Source: the human T2T-CHM13v2.0 reference genome, Homo sapiens
DNA length: 64,000 nt
Strand: one strand, 5' to 3'
Assembly: GCF_009914755.1 (NCBI RefSeq)
Contig: NC_060931.1
The position numbers were made by a program, and so were the translations under genes. Under the pieces are notes generated by a model, which was not told the origin of the DNA, searched no databases, and saw only the letters and a program-made list of their open reading frames with translations. Of the stretch, positions 1-15,947 are shown one piece after another; positions within the stretch are counted from its first letter, which is position 1, and each line of letters opens with the position of its first letter.

Positions 1-562
1 CTTTCCCATGGGCCCCCGCCTGCCAGGGGCTGCAAAGCCCGTGCCCATCAATCCCCCTGAGCACCAGCCTCGCATGGGAACCCCCCGAGACACAGGTTCT
101 GGGCCACCTCACCTCCAGCCCAGCCTCAGATAGAGGAGCGCATTCTCTGGGTCTGGAGTGGGTGCATTAACTCATTGTCCAGCTGTCACAAGACTGGCTG
201 CAAACCCAGGTCCCCCACTGCAGCCCACCAGGCCAGGGTCCCCTGTGCTACCTCTGTCTCCATTTTAGTTCTGAACAGTCTAAAGCATGTGTATCCAGGG
301 GCCTTTCTTTGGGGTCCCCGTCCCAGCACCCCTCATCTCCCCCATGAGGACTTCTTCCAAGCCCCTCAAGCCTCCTGCCCTCAGGGACCCAGGATGGACC
401 TTTCCTCCCTGACCTTCATTCCTATCCCCAGCGAGGCGACAGCTGCTCTTGGCCAACCACGCCCCCTCCACCCCCACAGCCACTTCCACATCTCCATCAG
501 TTCCTCCTTGTGGGTCCGAGGCGCTCTGCCGCCGGCCCCTCCTCACTTCTTCCTCCCTGGGG

Positions 563-662
563 ATGGATCCAAGCTATTGTCCTGCCCATGGCTTCCCATC
601 TCAGGACGCTCTCTGGCCGCTATCATCCCAGCAGTGGAGTTCAGCCCACTACTCTGAACCAG
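563..662 (+). CDS. SH2B2: SH2B2 distal alternative first exon (1A), coding part; adds a 43-aa N-terminal extension (675-aa isoform)
   Basis: ATG 563 in strong context (gggATGg); donor AG|GTTAGT at 663. Its 100 nt plus 29 nt of exon 2 (from 15919) are in frame with ATG 15948: [48 protein letters not shown]. This matches my recollection of the long APS isoform. Confidence 0.8.
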
Positions 663-1559
663 GTTAGTCCACCGCGGGTCAGGCTCTCCCCTCTCCCGGG
701 AGGGTGGAGACCACAACCAGGCCATGTATGGAGCTTCCCTTTCTCCCACTCTCGGGCACCCCCTCCTCCCCCTTCCCGGCCTCATTCATAGGTGTCCTGG
801 TTCCCAACCAGGCGTGCAGGCCTGTGTGCAGCTCCGATCGAGGGCTGGCCCACTGCCGAAGCTTTCATTAAAGTGTCTGCTGGCCTGGTCCTGCGGAGGG
901 AACAGAGCCGAGATGTGGGGCAGGGAAGGGGTCTGCCTGTCTTCCGTGCCCCCGTGGAGGGCAGCACCGGGGTTTTGGGCAGCAGGTGAAGGCTCTGTCC
1001 CCTCCACCTTCAACTCTGGAAGCCCCACCTTTCCATCCCTAAGAAGGGTTTGATAAAAACCCTTGTCTGTAAATTAGAGATGGGAAATGGCTCTGGGAAA
1101 AGTCAGAGGTCAGTTTGGGCCCGGGAGGGCGACAGATGGAGGCAGCTCCGGCTGGCAAGGAGACCAGGACAGAACTGCCAGAGGTGGGGGCAGGGGACAA
1201 GGAGGGAGATGAGGGGAGAAGACACCCAGGGGTCCCCCCCTGCTATCTCCAGGAGCAAGACTACTCTCTTCTCTGAGCGGCCCTTTCCACACCTCTGCCC
1301 CCACCGAAGCCCTCCCTCCCCTCTCAGACCCCTTCCAGGCCTGCTGAGCCCCCTGCACCTCTTTCAGGAAGCCTCCCAGAGCCCCCGCGCCGTGCCCTCA
1401 GCACCAGGGGTCAGGCTACAAATGCCCCGCAAAGCCCAGCGGGACTGTTTCCTCAGCCCCACTGGTCTCTGCCCTAAAGCAGGCGAGTTCTGGAGCCAGG
1501 CAGGGGTGAGGAAGGTGCCAGGGTTGTGGCCCCTCATCGCCCCTCTATGATCTCTGACA

Positions 1560-3300
1560 CCTCTCCGGGTGGCATCAGGCCCCCATCACAGCGAAGGCTG
1601 GGTGGTGGGGGCACTGCGCTCAGGGGGGCCGTCCCGCCCTGTGGCCCGGGGGCGATTTCCCGCACCGGAGGGCTGCAGGGAGGGGGCGTGGTGGCGCCCT
1701 CGAGATTTATGAGAACCAGGCGTCGACTTCCTCCGTTGCGACATCCAGGCCTCCTCCAGGCTCCCATTGTCCCTGCTGCGGAGAGTCTGGCCACAGCGGC
1801 GGCTCCCGCGAAGCACCCGTCAGCGAGGGGCGCTTCGAGGGCGTCCGCGTCCCATACACCCGCCACGCAGGACATTCCCCCGGCCCCACGCTCCGCGCTC
1901 CCGGGGCCACCACCACCGCGGGCTCGAGGGGTGGCCTCCACGAGGAGGAGTGGGAGTCCCGCGCCTGGCCTGGGGCCGGCTCGGCGACATGGGGACCCCC
2001 GCCCAGATGGGGCGACTCGGAGCCGGCTCCTAACCCCTCTCTCCGGGCCCCAGGACCGGGCAGTCTCGGCACCGCAGCTGCGGGGAGCCAGCAAGCACCG
2101 GCCACCGGCGCCGCTCGGGCTCCGCGGATGGCCGGGGGCGGGGCCTGAGCGGCGCAAGTGGGGGCGGGAGGGGGCGGGGCCAGGACGCGCGAGGGGGGGC
2201 GGGGCCGGGGCTCGCGGCGGGGGCGGGGGCGGGGCCGGGGCCGGGAGGCGCGCGCCTCGCGGGCGGGGGGCGCGCCGCGCTGGGCTGGGCTTGGAGCGCG
2301 CGGAGCTCGGCTGCCAGAGAGCCGCGCGGGGGACGCGCCGGGACCGCGAGGAGCGCAGGAGCCTTCGAGGCGGTGAACGAGGGAGGGAGCCCAGTCCGCC
2401 GCGGGCCATGAGCCACCGGGCCCGGGGAGCCCGGCCGCGGTCCGGGCAGCGCTCAGCCGGCGCCCCAGCCCGCTCGGCCGCAGCTGCGCGCCTGTAGGTA
2501 TGGCCTCCTTATACCCAGTTCCTCGCTCCCTGGTCCTTCCCCCGGGACCCCTGTCTGTCCCCGGGGACGTGCGCTGTGTGCGCACCGCTGCCCGAAGGAG
2601 AGCGGCCGCACGCGCCTTGGTCCGCGCGTGTCGTCTTTGTGTGCGCGGGTGGGAGGGAGGAGGGCGCGCGAGGGAGGGGAGGCGCCCCCGGCTGGGATCT
2701 GCTCCCCGATCCCCATCCCGGGCGGGGCGGGGAGCCGCTGGAGGGGCCGAGCCGCCTCTGGAGCAGCTGCGCCCCCGCCCCCTGCTAGGGCCCCGGCCGG
2801 GTAGTGGGGCGAGAGCAGCCGGGTCCTTAGAGGAGGGGTCTCTGGTTGGGGGAAGGGGTGCCCAGGTCTCTTCCCTACGCTGGGAGCGCTGGGAGGGGGC
2901 GTCAACCTAGAATGAGGGTGAGGGCCACGGGATGGGATCGGGGAGGACCTCCTCCAGGCCACAGGCACGCCCTCCCTTTGGCCCAGGCCCCCCTTTCTCG
3001 ACCTGCCCAGCCGGGGAGCTCCCCGGAGCCCCCGATTGCCGGGAGGATCGTGGAGGGTGCCCAAGAGGCCGGCGCCTTTAAGAAGGGGCGGGTTCGTGCC
3101 CTCCATTCAGGCCCTTGGGCCTCGGCCATTGATGAACCTGCGGGCTGCGCGGGCCGGAACCGCGCCAGCCCAGCGGGCTGAAGCCGGGCAGAGGCAGGGA
3201 CGCATCCTGGCCCCCTGCAGCCCCGAAGTGGGGGCCTTCAGGGAGGGAAGTCTGCAGTGACTGGAGCCTCTCAGGAGCCACGCAAGGCAGACCGGGCAGC
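1560..3300. promoter_or_regulatory. CpG-island promoter of SH2B2 with GC boxes and G-quadruplex-prone tracts
   Basis: Very high GC and CpG density; repeated GGGGCGGGG motifs and G-runs at ~2130-2290; no TATA box seen; contains exon 1B. Confidence 0.9.
2290..2497 (+). other. SH2B2: SH2B2 non-coding first exon 1B (5' end approximate); contains a 29-aa uORF
   Basis: Lies directly downstream of the GC boxes; donor TAG|GTATGG at 2498; its only ATG (2408) reads to TAG 2495-2497. Confidence 0.7.
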
Positions 3301-5644
3301 CCCAGGCGAGACTCTGAACACGAATAAGCCAGGATCTACGTGCACTTCGAGCTAGTGCAAGGGAGAGCCTCAGGCTAGGCTGTCAGACCTGGGTGGAGCC
3401 CTACCAATGCCCCCGAGCCAACATCACCTACCCTGTAAAATGGGATGGTGCTGCCTGCCTCCTGGCTAAGGGACCGGCAACTCCCGGCAGGAATTGCGTC
3501 CCAGAGTCAGGTCCCTGGAGCTCCTCTGGGAGGACTGGGGGCAGGGGGTGTGGTTTCCCCAAGAGGTTTTGACTGCCTCTTGAGCTGAAGCCCCCACTAC
3601 TGTGTCCCACCTTGAACTCTCCCAACCTCTTCCCTCCTGGCCTCCCCACTCCACGCAGGAAGAGGTTGGGAGAGTGACCTAGAACTTTTCAGCTCCAGGA
3701 GCTTTGGGAGAGGTCTGGTGGTGGCGGTGGTGGCACTTCTTTTAGGCTAGTGTGGATCAGGGCATTTTTGGGGGTCTCAGAGACAGTTTCCCACCAGCTA
3801 CTTCCTTAGAGGTCTGTCCTACCAACATAGAAGAACAGCCCCACCCCGTGGCAGGCCGGCTTCTGATGCTGCTTGGTTGAATGCTTCTAGGTAATCAAGG
3901 GTTAATGCACACGCTTTTCTTTTTACCCTTGTTGTGAAAAATCTGTCTGAAGTTTCTAAATCCCTCTTCCCTACTTAGCGTGAATCTCCTAGGGAGGACT
4001 TCTATACAAATACCCAGGGGTGGGCTTCCCTTGGGGGTCTTGGAAGTGGGATCTCCACCCAAGTGATCCTGGGCCTCCCAGGGCTGAGCTTTTGGTTTCA
4101 AACTTACTTGTGCCAAGCTAAGGGCATCAGGATCGCCGTTCGTGTCATCTTTACAACAATCCTGTGGGTTTAGTGCTATTATTATCCCCACACACTTAGG
4201 GAGGGGAAGTGACTGGCCCAAAGTCCCGCAGTCAACAAGCCAGGCCTCCCAACCACTCCTCTCTGACAAGAGGCTGGCACTTCTTGCCCTGCCTACCCCC
4301 CCTGGGTTGCAAGGAATTGGGGGTTTAGGGGCTTCAGGCCTCCTGGCTGCTGTCTTCCCGGGGCTACGCTCATTCTTACTGTCCAAGTGAGGCCAGGGGA
4401 CTGGTCAGAGCCCTGGGGCCTGGGGAGGTTTCTCTTCCCTGCTCACCTGGCTGGGTGCCGTTTTATGGCTATGCTCTGTCTAGGGGGATAGCAGGTGTGA
4501 CCCCTCAACACGAGGTCACAGCCCACACCTGTTTGGGCAGAGCAAGGCAGGGCATCGCTGTGTGGGCGTGCAGCATCTTTTGGTTCCTCTGGGTGAAGCA
4601 GGGTTTGGGCCCCATTCTCCACATACTTCCGGGCCATCTGAGGGTAGCGCCCACCTGGGGGGTGGGGAGGACAACCAGCCAGGAGCTCACGGTTCGGTGG
4701 AAGAGACAGGCCACAGCCATGTGGTGTGGTGGAGGGGCAGGGGGCAAGGGTGGAGGTGGGAAGAGGATCAAGGGGCGTTCCCGAGGCCTCTGTGGGCTTG
4801 GGGGCCTGCCTGCTATTGGGGCAGAACAGGGGAAGTAGGCAGTGCCCAGCTGGGTGCTGAGGCTCTGTGCAGAGGACAGGCAGGAGTTGGAGGAAGAGGA
4901 TGTATTTGAACTTGGATGTGGTGAGTTTGAGGTACCTGGAGATCAGCCAGGCTGGGAGTTGAGCTCAGAGAAAGGCCCAGGGAAGCTTTATTAGCACCTG
5001 TAGTCTCCAGAGTTCGGGGATGCTCAGATCTTAGGGGTGCCACCAGAGGTCTCAGGAGGCACTGGTATGAGTGTCCTGGAAAAGCCAGAAGGCAGCTGGG
5101 TGGGATGAGTTGGTGAGGGGCACTAAGGGGGTATCCTGCAGGTTTAGGGGGCTGGGCCAAGGCCCATGTGAGAGTTATGACACTGGGGGAGTGGAAGGGG
5201 CTGAGTGTCTCAGGCCAAGGCTGGAGATGGGAGGGGGGAACCTCTGCTCTGCAACCCCAGAAAGGCAGGGTGGGGTGGGAGTAACCAGGGCCAGTGCAGC
5301 TGGAACCAGCTCAGCCTGTCCTCCACCTGCAGAGCCCATCCAGGAACTGTCCAGCACTGGGTGCTCCTGAAGGAGGCTGAGTCTGCCTCTTGAGCCCACA
5401 GGCCCTAGCTTAGCTTGTTGTCCTGGCCCCCACTCCCTGCTTATCTGACCCGCACTTCCTGCAGAGCCCAGCTGTGGATTCCCCCGCCCCCCCACCCAGC
5501 CGCTCAGAGTGCCCCATCCTCTAAAGGTGGTCATTTCCTTTCCTGAAACAGGGATTCAGTCTTCCCACTCTGCCCTTGGAAGCGGAGTTCCCCAGAAACA
5601 GGTCTCAGAAAGGGACCAGCCTGGAACTTGGCTCCATACCCCCC

Positions 5645-5952
5645 TTTTTTTTTTTTTATTTTTTTGAGACAGAGTCTTGCTCTGTCGACCAGGCTGGAGT
5701 GCAGTGGCGTGCAATCTCAGCTCCCTGCAACCTCCACCACCTCTGGGGTTCAAGCAATTCTCATGCCTCAGCCTTCTGAGTAGCTGGGGTTACAGGTGTG
5801 CACCACCACGCCTGGCTAATTTTTGTATTTTTAGTAGAGATGGGGTTTCACCGTGTTGGCCAGACTGGTCTCAAACTCCTGACCTCAAGTGATCCGCCCT
5901 CCTCGGCCTCCCAAAGTGCTGGGATTACAGGTGTGAGCCACTGCACCCGGCC
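5645..5952 (-). mobile_element. Alu (S family)
   Basis: Full-length antisense Alu with poly-T. Confidence 0.95.
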
Positions 5953-7573
5953 TCCCCTCTTGTCCATTCTGCAGCCCTGGACCCTCCCACCTGGCGTCTG
6001 ACACACAGTGGGAGCTCACCACTGCGTGGTGGCCAGAGCATGGTGGGTAGTCACCTCCCTCCCCAGAACCCCATTTCTTCATCTCTGCAATGGAGAAACA
6101 ACTCTTTCTTACAGGGAAGATGTGAGGGGAGAAGGGTTTTAACAGGGGCATGGCCCACTGAAATGTGGGTTCTAGAACGCTGACCTTGGCCACATTGGAG
6201 GCTGGGTTTATGTGTTGGGGCAGTGGGTACCTCTGCAGCTGCCTGCCAAGAGCAGTTGGAGGAAAAGGGAATGAATAGAGCTGTGATTTTTAAACAAATT
6301 GCTTATTTAATCTTCATGACAGCCCCTTAAGTTTAGCACTGCTGTCACCTCCATCTTAACAGATGGGGAAACTGAGGCTCCAGAGTCCAAGGGGTCATTT
6401 CACTGGGTAGCAAGGCAGCTGGGATCCAAACCCAGACAGTCTGGCTCCAGATCTCAGACTTTTAACACTGTCCCAGCATGTCAAATGACCAGAGGTGGCC
6501 ATAGGGAGATGCCCAGGCAGTGGGGCTCCCTTTGCTGGGGAACAACTGTCAAAGGCAACTGTGGGAACCCCTGGGACTGAGGGTCTGCAGACGCCGGTGC
6601 CAGCAGGGCTTGTCAAGCTTGGGATGTCTGCAAAAGCCGGGGGGCTCAGCAGAAGGGCTCCCACCCTCCCGTGGCGGTGGCAAAGGCTGAGCGTGGCATG
6701 AGAGGCCTGGGGTTGTCCTGGGTGCAGGGCTGTTGCAATAGCTGCCTCCAAGCGATGCTGCTCAGGGCGAGCCTTGGACTAGAAAGTTATCTGCACGGAA
6801 GAGCAGCTAGGGAAACTAATGCTCAGAACAGCCAAGACCACTAGTACCTAATCACCCATACAGAGGCATACAAGTCCCAAGGGCTCTGAATCCACACCTG
6901 TCCCCATCGCCAGCCAGAAGGCCCCCACCCATCCACTCTGCAGCAAAGTCACAGCAAGTTCAAGGGTTAAGTTAAGACCAGAAGCCATGCCTACTTTGCC
7001 TTCTGCCGGGGTGGTGGAGTGAGCTCAGATATTCTGGGAGGGGAGAGTTGGGGAATTCCAGCCACATCTGGCAGGAGGCCCTGGTTCAGAGCCTACCTTG
7101 TGGGGATGTGGTCTCTGCGGAGGTGAGCAGTAACACGGGCTTGAAAACCAACGCCCACGTATTCAGCAGTGAAGCAGAGACTGCGCTGTGTGCTGTGTTC
7201 CTGAATCTGCAGGGGAGAGAGAGACTCATACCTAGTCAGCGGGTGGGAGTCACTCCAGGCCGGAGGGATGACCTGCCCAAAGAGCATCTGTGTCCTGCCC
7301 AGGGAGGGGTGCAGAGAGGAGGCTGCAGGGGTGGAAGGGACTGCCCCACCGAGGCCAGGAGGGTGCTTGAGGAACAGCAGGATTGAAGGAGCCTATGTTG
7401 TCCAGAGTGAGGCTGAGTGGGCCAGGCCAGTGCTGCTAAGGTCCTGAGGACCCCTAAGGGCAGTGGACATGAGAAGGCATGGCTGGGCAGGTTTTCTGAG
7501 GATGGTGGAGGTGAGCAGAGTGAGGCCTTGTCTCTTGTGTCAGGCAAGGAGGTACCCCAAGAAGAGGCTGCAT

Positions 7574-8171
<598 letters not shown>

Positions 8172-8483
8172 TTAGTTCTGACCGTCTCCCCCTTCATGCA
8201 CTTGGTTCTCTGACTGCTGCTCTGAGGACGGAGCTAAGTGAGGGTGCAGGAGGAAGGGGGGGTCTCTTGGCAGTGGGGCGCAGCCTTTTGAGGTGCTGCA
8301 TAGCTAGTTTGACCTGTGGGACCACTGACCATCCCTCCTCTTCCCGGTGCTCCTGGCCTCCTGTGGCTGGGATGGTGCTGGGGAGGAGGTGGGGGGTGCC
8401 AGCTGGAGGTGGGCGGGGCTCCTGCCTCTCCCCGCCCCCAGGGCCACCGCCCACTGTGCCGCGCATCGATTGGTCGCGGGCCC

Positions 8484-8568
8484 ATTAGCTGGGGCGGCGA
8501 GTCCGACTCATCAATATTTTAAGGAATGACCCGGCCTTGGGGTGCGGAATTGCTGCGCGGGCGGGGGC
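8484..8568 (+). ncRNA. MIR4285: Annotated microRNA hairpin miR-4285 (mature GCGGCGAGTCCGACTCAT at 8494-8511)
   Basis: Recognised mature and precursor sequence inside SH2B2 intron 1. The hairpin looks weak, so the annotation is more certain than the function. Confidence 0.75.
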
Positions 8569-9404
8569 TGAAGACCGGCTTTTTTTTTTTTTTTTTTTTT
8601 TGGTCCTCCAATTGTCAGCGCTATTTTTACCGCCGGAAAGCCGCCGCCCCCTCCCCCATGCCGGCTGGACCTGTCTAGCCGGGCTGGTGGCTGGGGTCTC
8701 TTGTCTGGGTTGCTGGTCGTGGGGTTAGGAGAGGCCGTGGCCTGGAAAGGCGATGAGCAGGGACTCCATTAGACTTCCCCTGCCCTCCTCGCTCCATCCC
8801 CCAGCACCAAAAACCACTCTGAAGCCCCCATCCCATCAGAGATGGGGAAAAAAAAAACACATTTTTTCAGGAGGAGAAGGCAGACAGCCCAGCTGAGCCT
8901 AGAAAAACCGGAGGTGGGGGGGTGTAATGGATGGGGGGAGGGTGGTCTACCCGCCCAGTGCTCCGAGGAGGGCCAGCACCACAGGGGGCCCTGGCTGGGC
9001 TTCCTTTGTCTCCAACGCCAGTCCTCAGAGAAGCAGCCTGTGAGGGGGAGAGGCAACCCCCTACCTGTCCCTAGTCCCAATGGAATGACAGCCCAGTCTT
9101 CAATGTCCAAGGCCATCACTTCTGCATCAAAATCAGGAGCCCCTAGAAGCCACACACAGCTCCAGCAATCCCATTTTACTGATAGGGAAGTGGAGGCACC
9201 AAGAGACACAGGGCCCGGCCCAGGATAGAGTCCAGATCTCCCAGAGCCCAGTCCAGCACTGCCTGGCACCAACTCAGCTGGTCTGTTTGGACACCTTGGG
9301 ACCATAGGAGGAGAGCTGACCACCAAGAGAGTTAAAGACCATAGGGTCTTGGAGATCAGAGGGGGAGAGCAGTATAGGGAAGTTTTCCTGGGAGAAGAGA
9401 AGGT

Positions 9405-9703
9405 TTTGTTTCGGTTTGGTTTTTTGAGACAGAGTCTCGCTCTGTTGCCCAGGCTGGAGTGCAGTCGTGCAATCTCAGCTCACTGCAGCCTCAACTTTCT
9501 GGGTTAAAGTCCTCCTGCCTCAGTCCCCCAAGTACCTGGGACTACAGGCGTGTGCCACCACACCTGCCTAATTTTTGTATTTTTAGTAGAGACGGGGTTT
9601 CACCATGTTGCCCAGGCTGCTCTCGAACTCCTGAGCTCAAGTGATCTACCTGCCTCGGCCTCCCAAAGTGCTGGGATTACAGGCTTGAGCCACCACATCC
9701 AGC
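9405..9703 (-). mobile_element. Alu (J-like)
   Basis: Antisense Alu consensus. Confidence 0.93.
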
Positions 9704-12181
9704 CAGAAGAGAGGGTTTTGCACGGTCTAAAGGGAGGGGAGATGTTGAATAGTCGGAAGAGCAAAGTCCCTAGAGAGGGCTTGAAACACCAACCTTGGCA
9801 GCACCAAGGTTGGAGGAGCTCCCGCCCTGCCCATGCCTGCACATGGGTTATAACATTGCAGACACCACCTCCTGTGCCATCTTGCCAGTGAGTGGTCAGA
9901 AAGTGAGAAGAGTGGGCTCAGAGGTTGGGAGTGTGGTCAGTGTCACTCACTCAGGGAGCACCCACGGGGTCACGTCTTGAGCCCAGGTCAGCCAAGCTCC
10001 CTACATGGGGTCTCCTCCCCAGTTCTGGTCCCAAAGATGGGTGGGGACAGTGCACTCCTGCCCCTGCCACAGCCAGGCCCCCTTCCCTGTGTCTTGCAGC
10101 CTCCCCTCTACAGAGAACCATGTCCGGGCCTCCCTCTCTCCATCTGTAGCCAGGTGGGGGCCTCCCTGCTGGCACTGCTGTTTGGAGACTTATACCTCTA
10201 GCTGCTCAACCTGCTTCCTCTGCATCCGGGGCTGGACCTACTGAGGGCTTCTGTGCCAGGCATCAGGCCCACAGGCTCCTGGGTGGCCTGCAGGGTTAGG
10301 TAGGAGAGGTCAGGGCAGTCCCAACCTCCCAGTGCCTCCCAGGCCAGTCCCTGCCTAGGACCTGGCCACACCTGCCATGCCCTTGGAAGATTCCTCTCTA
10401 AGTTCCACTCCCACTCCAGTGAGGGCCACCTGAGACCCACCTGCGAGAGCCTCCCCCAGGGCCCTGTCCCCCATCTCTGTGCCTTCTCCCTACCAAGGGT
10501 TCCTCCAGCCAGGAGGAAGAGCTGGGGGCGACAGGGATTGATGTCTAGGACTCGGCACTGGGGCTGACTTCCTGCCTGCCGCTGCCTGCCCCATGTGGGG
10601 GCATAATCATCTCACTCAGGGACCCCACACCTACCCTTCCCAGGCTGCCAAGTCACTGGCTCTGAGCCCCCTGGGGGTCCTAATGGTATAGAGAGAGAGG
10701 TGGCCACCGTCAGGAGCACTAGCCTACTGGATAAATGGATGGGCTTGGAGCTCAGGGACAGGGTTTCATGGGTTCAGCTGTGGCCCCACCCCCACCCCAG
10801 GAAATACCACCCCTGCAGGTCATGGCCTGGGCCTGGGCTCGTGACCTTCCCTGGAGGCCATGGTGGTGGTGGTGGTGGTGGCAGGTGTGTTCCCGTCTCC
10901 ACCCCTCAGGGAAGAAGCAAGTTCCAGGAGCCTGGACTTTTGCCCTGCGCACTCTCTGTGTCAGATGGGGAGACAGCCATGAGGACAGACACTTGAAGTA
11001 CCCTATAACTGGCACCATGCAAGAGAGACAGGCAGGAGGAGACTGTGGGAGCTCAGAGGAGACACTTGTGCTGGCCTGGATCAGGGAGAAAGGAGGGGTG
11101 TCGGGAGGCTTCCTGGAAGAAGTGGCTTCTGGATTAATTATTGAAGTGTGAGTAGGAGTTAGGGAAGAAAGGAGGAAGCACGGGGCAGGGAAAAGGTCAG
11201 GCATGAGCAAAGCTCGTGGGTTCCTCAGTCCCCATCCTCCCCCCACCTTCGTGAACTCTAACCACCACCACCACTACCCAACTGCCAATGTCCTGATAAG
11301 TCCTGCCCCCAACTCATTGTTCAGGCCCCCAGCACCCTCTTTATTTTCTTTGCACTCATGAAGCCCAACGCAATAACCACCTCTTGAAGGAAACCTTCCA
11401 AACTCCCGACTCCCCTCCCCCAGTACCAAGGCAGGAGTCTCCTAGGAGACCGCTGGTTTGGAAACCTGTCCTTGAAGCTAAGCAGGCTCAGCCGGGAGCC
11501 CTGTTCTGTCCCTGGGGCTGTCCCTTGGTTATTGACTGCAGATTGATGGCGAGGTTGCCCCAAGGAGAGAGGGAATTCCCACGGTGCCCTATGGCCCAGA
11601 GGCCTCGCAGATGATCTCACAGAAATGGGGCAGCTATTTTTACCTGGCATTTAATTACATGGTTTGGATCCCAGAGGAGAGATGAGATGGTGATCCCAGG
11701 AGCTGCGAGGGAGGGGCATTCCGGAAACTGTGGGGACCCTGGGAGGACAGGCGAGGGCATGATCCTCTAACTCATTTCCTTGGAAGGATGGTCGCTTGTC
11801 CCCCAACACTAAGCCGGCTCCTTAGACAGGGACTCCCCAGGCACTACATCACCGCACTTTATCACTATTGATAATTTTCCCCCTGGCTTGGATGGGGGCT
11901 GTAAGCACACAGCAGGTTGGACCTGTGTCCCCAGAGGCAATGGCAAGGCCCCCAGGTGATGGGCTGGGCCCAAGCCATGCAGTTTAGCCATCCAGAGCTG
12001 TGAAGGATGGAGGGGCCTGGGAATAAGAGGATGAAGCTGGGGTGAGGAGACAGCTGGGATTCCTGGATTGGGGATTCAAAATCGGATTTGAATGGGAATT
12101 CTGGGGGAAGCCAGATTCCAGAACGTGGGAATGTAAGTAGAAGCGTGCAGGCCATTGTGATGGAAAGAAGCAAGGTCTTCA

Positions 12182-12895
<714 letters not shown>

Positions 12896-13049
12896 TTTGA
12901 TCCACACTAGGAGGAGACCCCTCAAGTCCTGGAGTCACTGCAGACCTGGGCGAGAACCCTGGACCTGTCTTGTCACTAACAAGCTGTTTGTCCTTAGGCC
13001 CCAAGTGAGGGCTTAGGCGGTGACAGCTGTGACATGCCTGGTGTGCCAA

Positions 13050-13615
13050 ACTCATTCATTTGTTCATTCAGTCAGTGTTTCCCAAGCGCCTGCTGTATGC
13101 CCAGCACTGAGGACACAGCCGCTTCTAGGACTGGCAAAATCCCTGCCTTGTGAAACTGGCATTCTCGGGGGAAGGGGGTGGAGGGGACACACAACCAAGC
13201 AACTAAATATATGATATGACAGCCGGCAATAAGGATAATGGTGAAAATAGGCAGAGTGCATGAACGCATCAGAGGGAGTATTGTCATCAGAGGGATTTGT
13301 CATTCTCAAGAGTGGTCAGGGAAGGCTATCCGCCAAGCCATTGGTTGAGCAGAAACCTGAAGAAGGTGAGGGAATGTGGAGGAAAGAGCATTCCAGGCAT
13401 GTGCAAAGGTCCTGAGGTAGAAATTTGGCTGCTATGCTTCTGGGAGGGCAAGGAGGCAGGTCCAGCCAGGGAAGAGTGGCAGGAGGTATATCCAGAGGGG
13501 TAAACAGAGGCAGATTATGTCAGACCCTAGGGGCTGTGGATAGGGCTTTGGCTTTTACTCTGACTGTAATACGAACCACTGCAGGATTTTGTGCAGAGGA
13601 GGGATGTGATCTGTC
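13050..13615 (-). mobile_element. L2 LINE 3' fragment
   Basis: TCATTCATTTGTTCATTCA tail and typical L2 motifs (CATTCCAGGC...TGCAAAGGTCCTGAGG). Confidence 0.7.
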
Positions 13616-13619
13616 TTGT

Positions 13620-15727
<2,108 letters not shown>

Positions 15728-15947
15728 CAGTTGTCTTTCTCTTTACACACATCCATGCTGCTTGGAATGGCTGCCTGCTGTAGTCCCACAACACACACGT
15801 GTGCATGTACACACACACCCACACAGCCCCAGAGAGTCCTAGGGGAGCTGGAAGGAGGGGACAGGTGGGCGCATTGATCACAGGCCTGAAAGTCACTGCG
15901 CGCTCTTCTCGCCCGAAGCCGCAGGTGGCTGCGATGGGACGGAAGCC

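Noticed and set aside
1526-3106. Several 200-320-aa ORFs on both strands over the promoter
   Set aside because: Stop-codon depletion in a very GC-rich CpG island; low-complexity Arg/Gly/Pro/Ala with no recognisable domain.
10752-11246. ORF with a poly-His tract
   Set aside because: Comes from a short (GGT)n repeat next to L2-like sequence; no splice or domain support.
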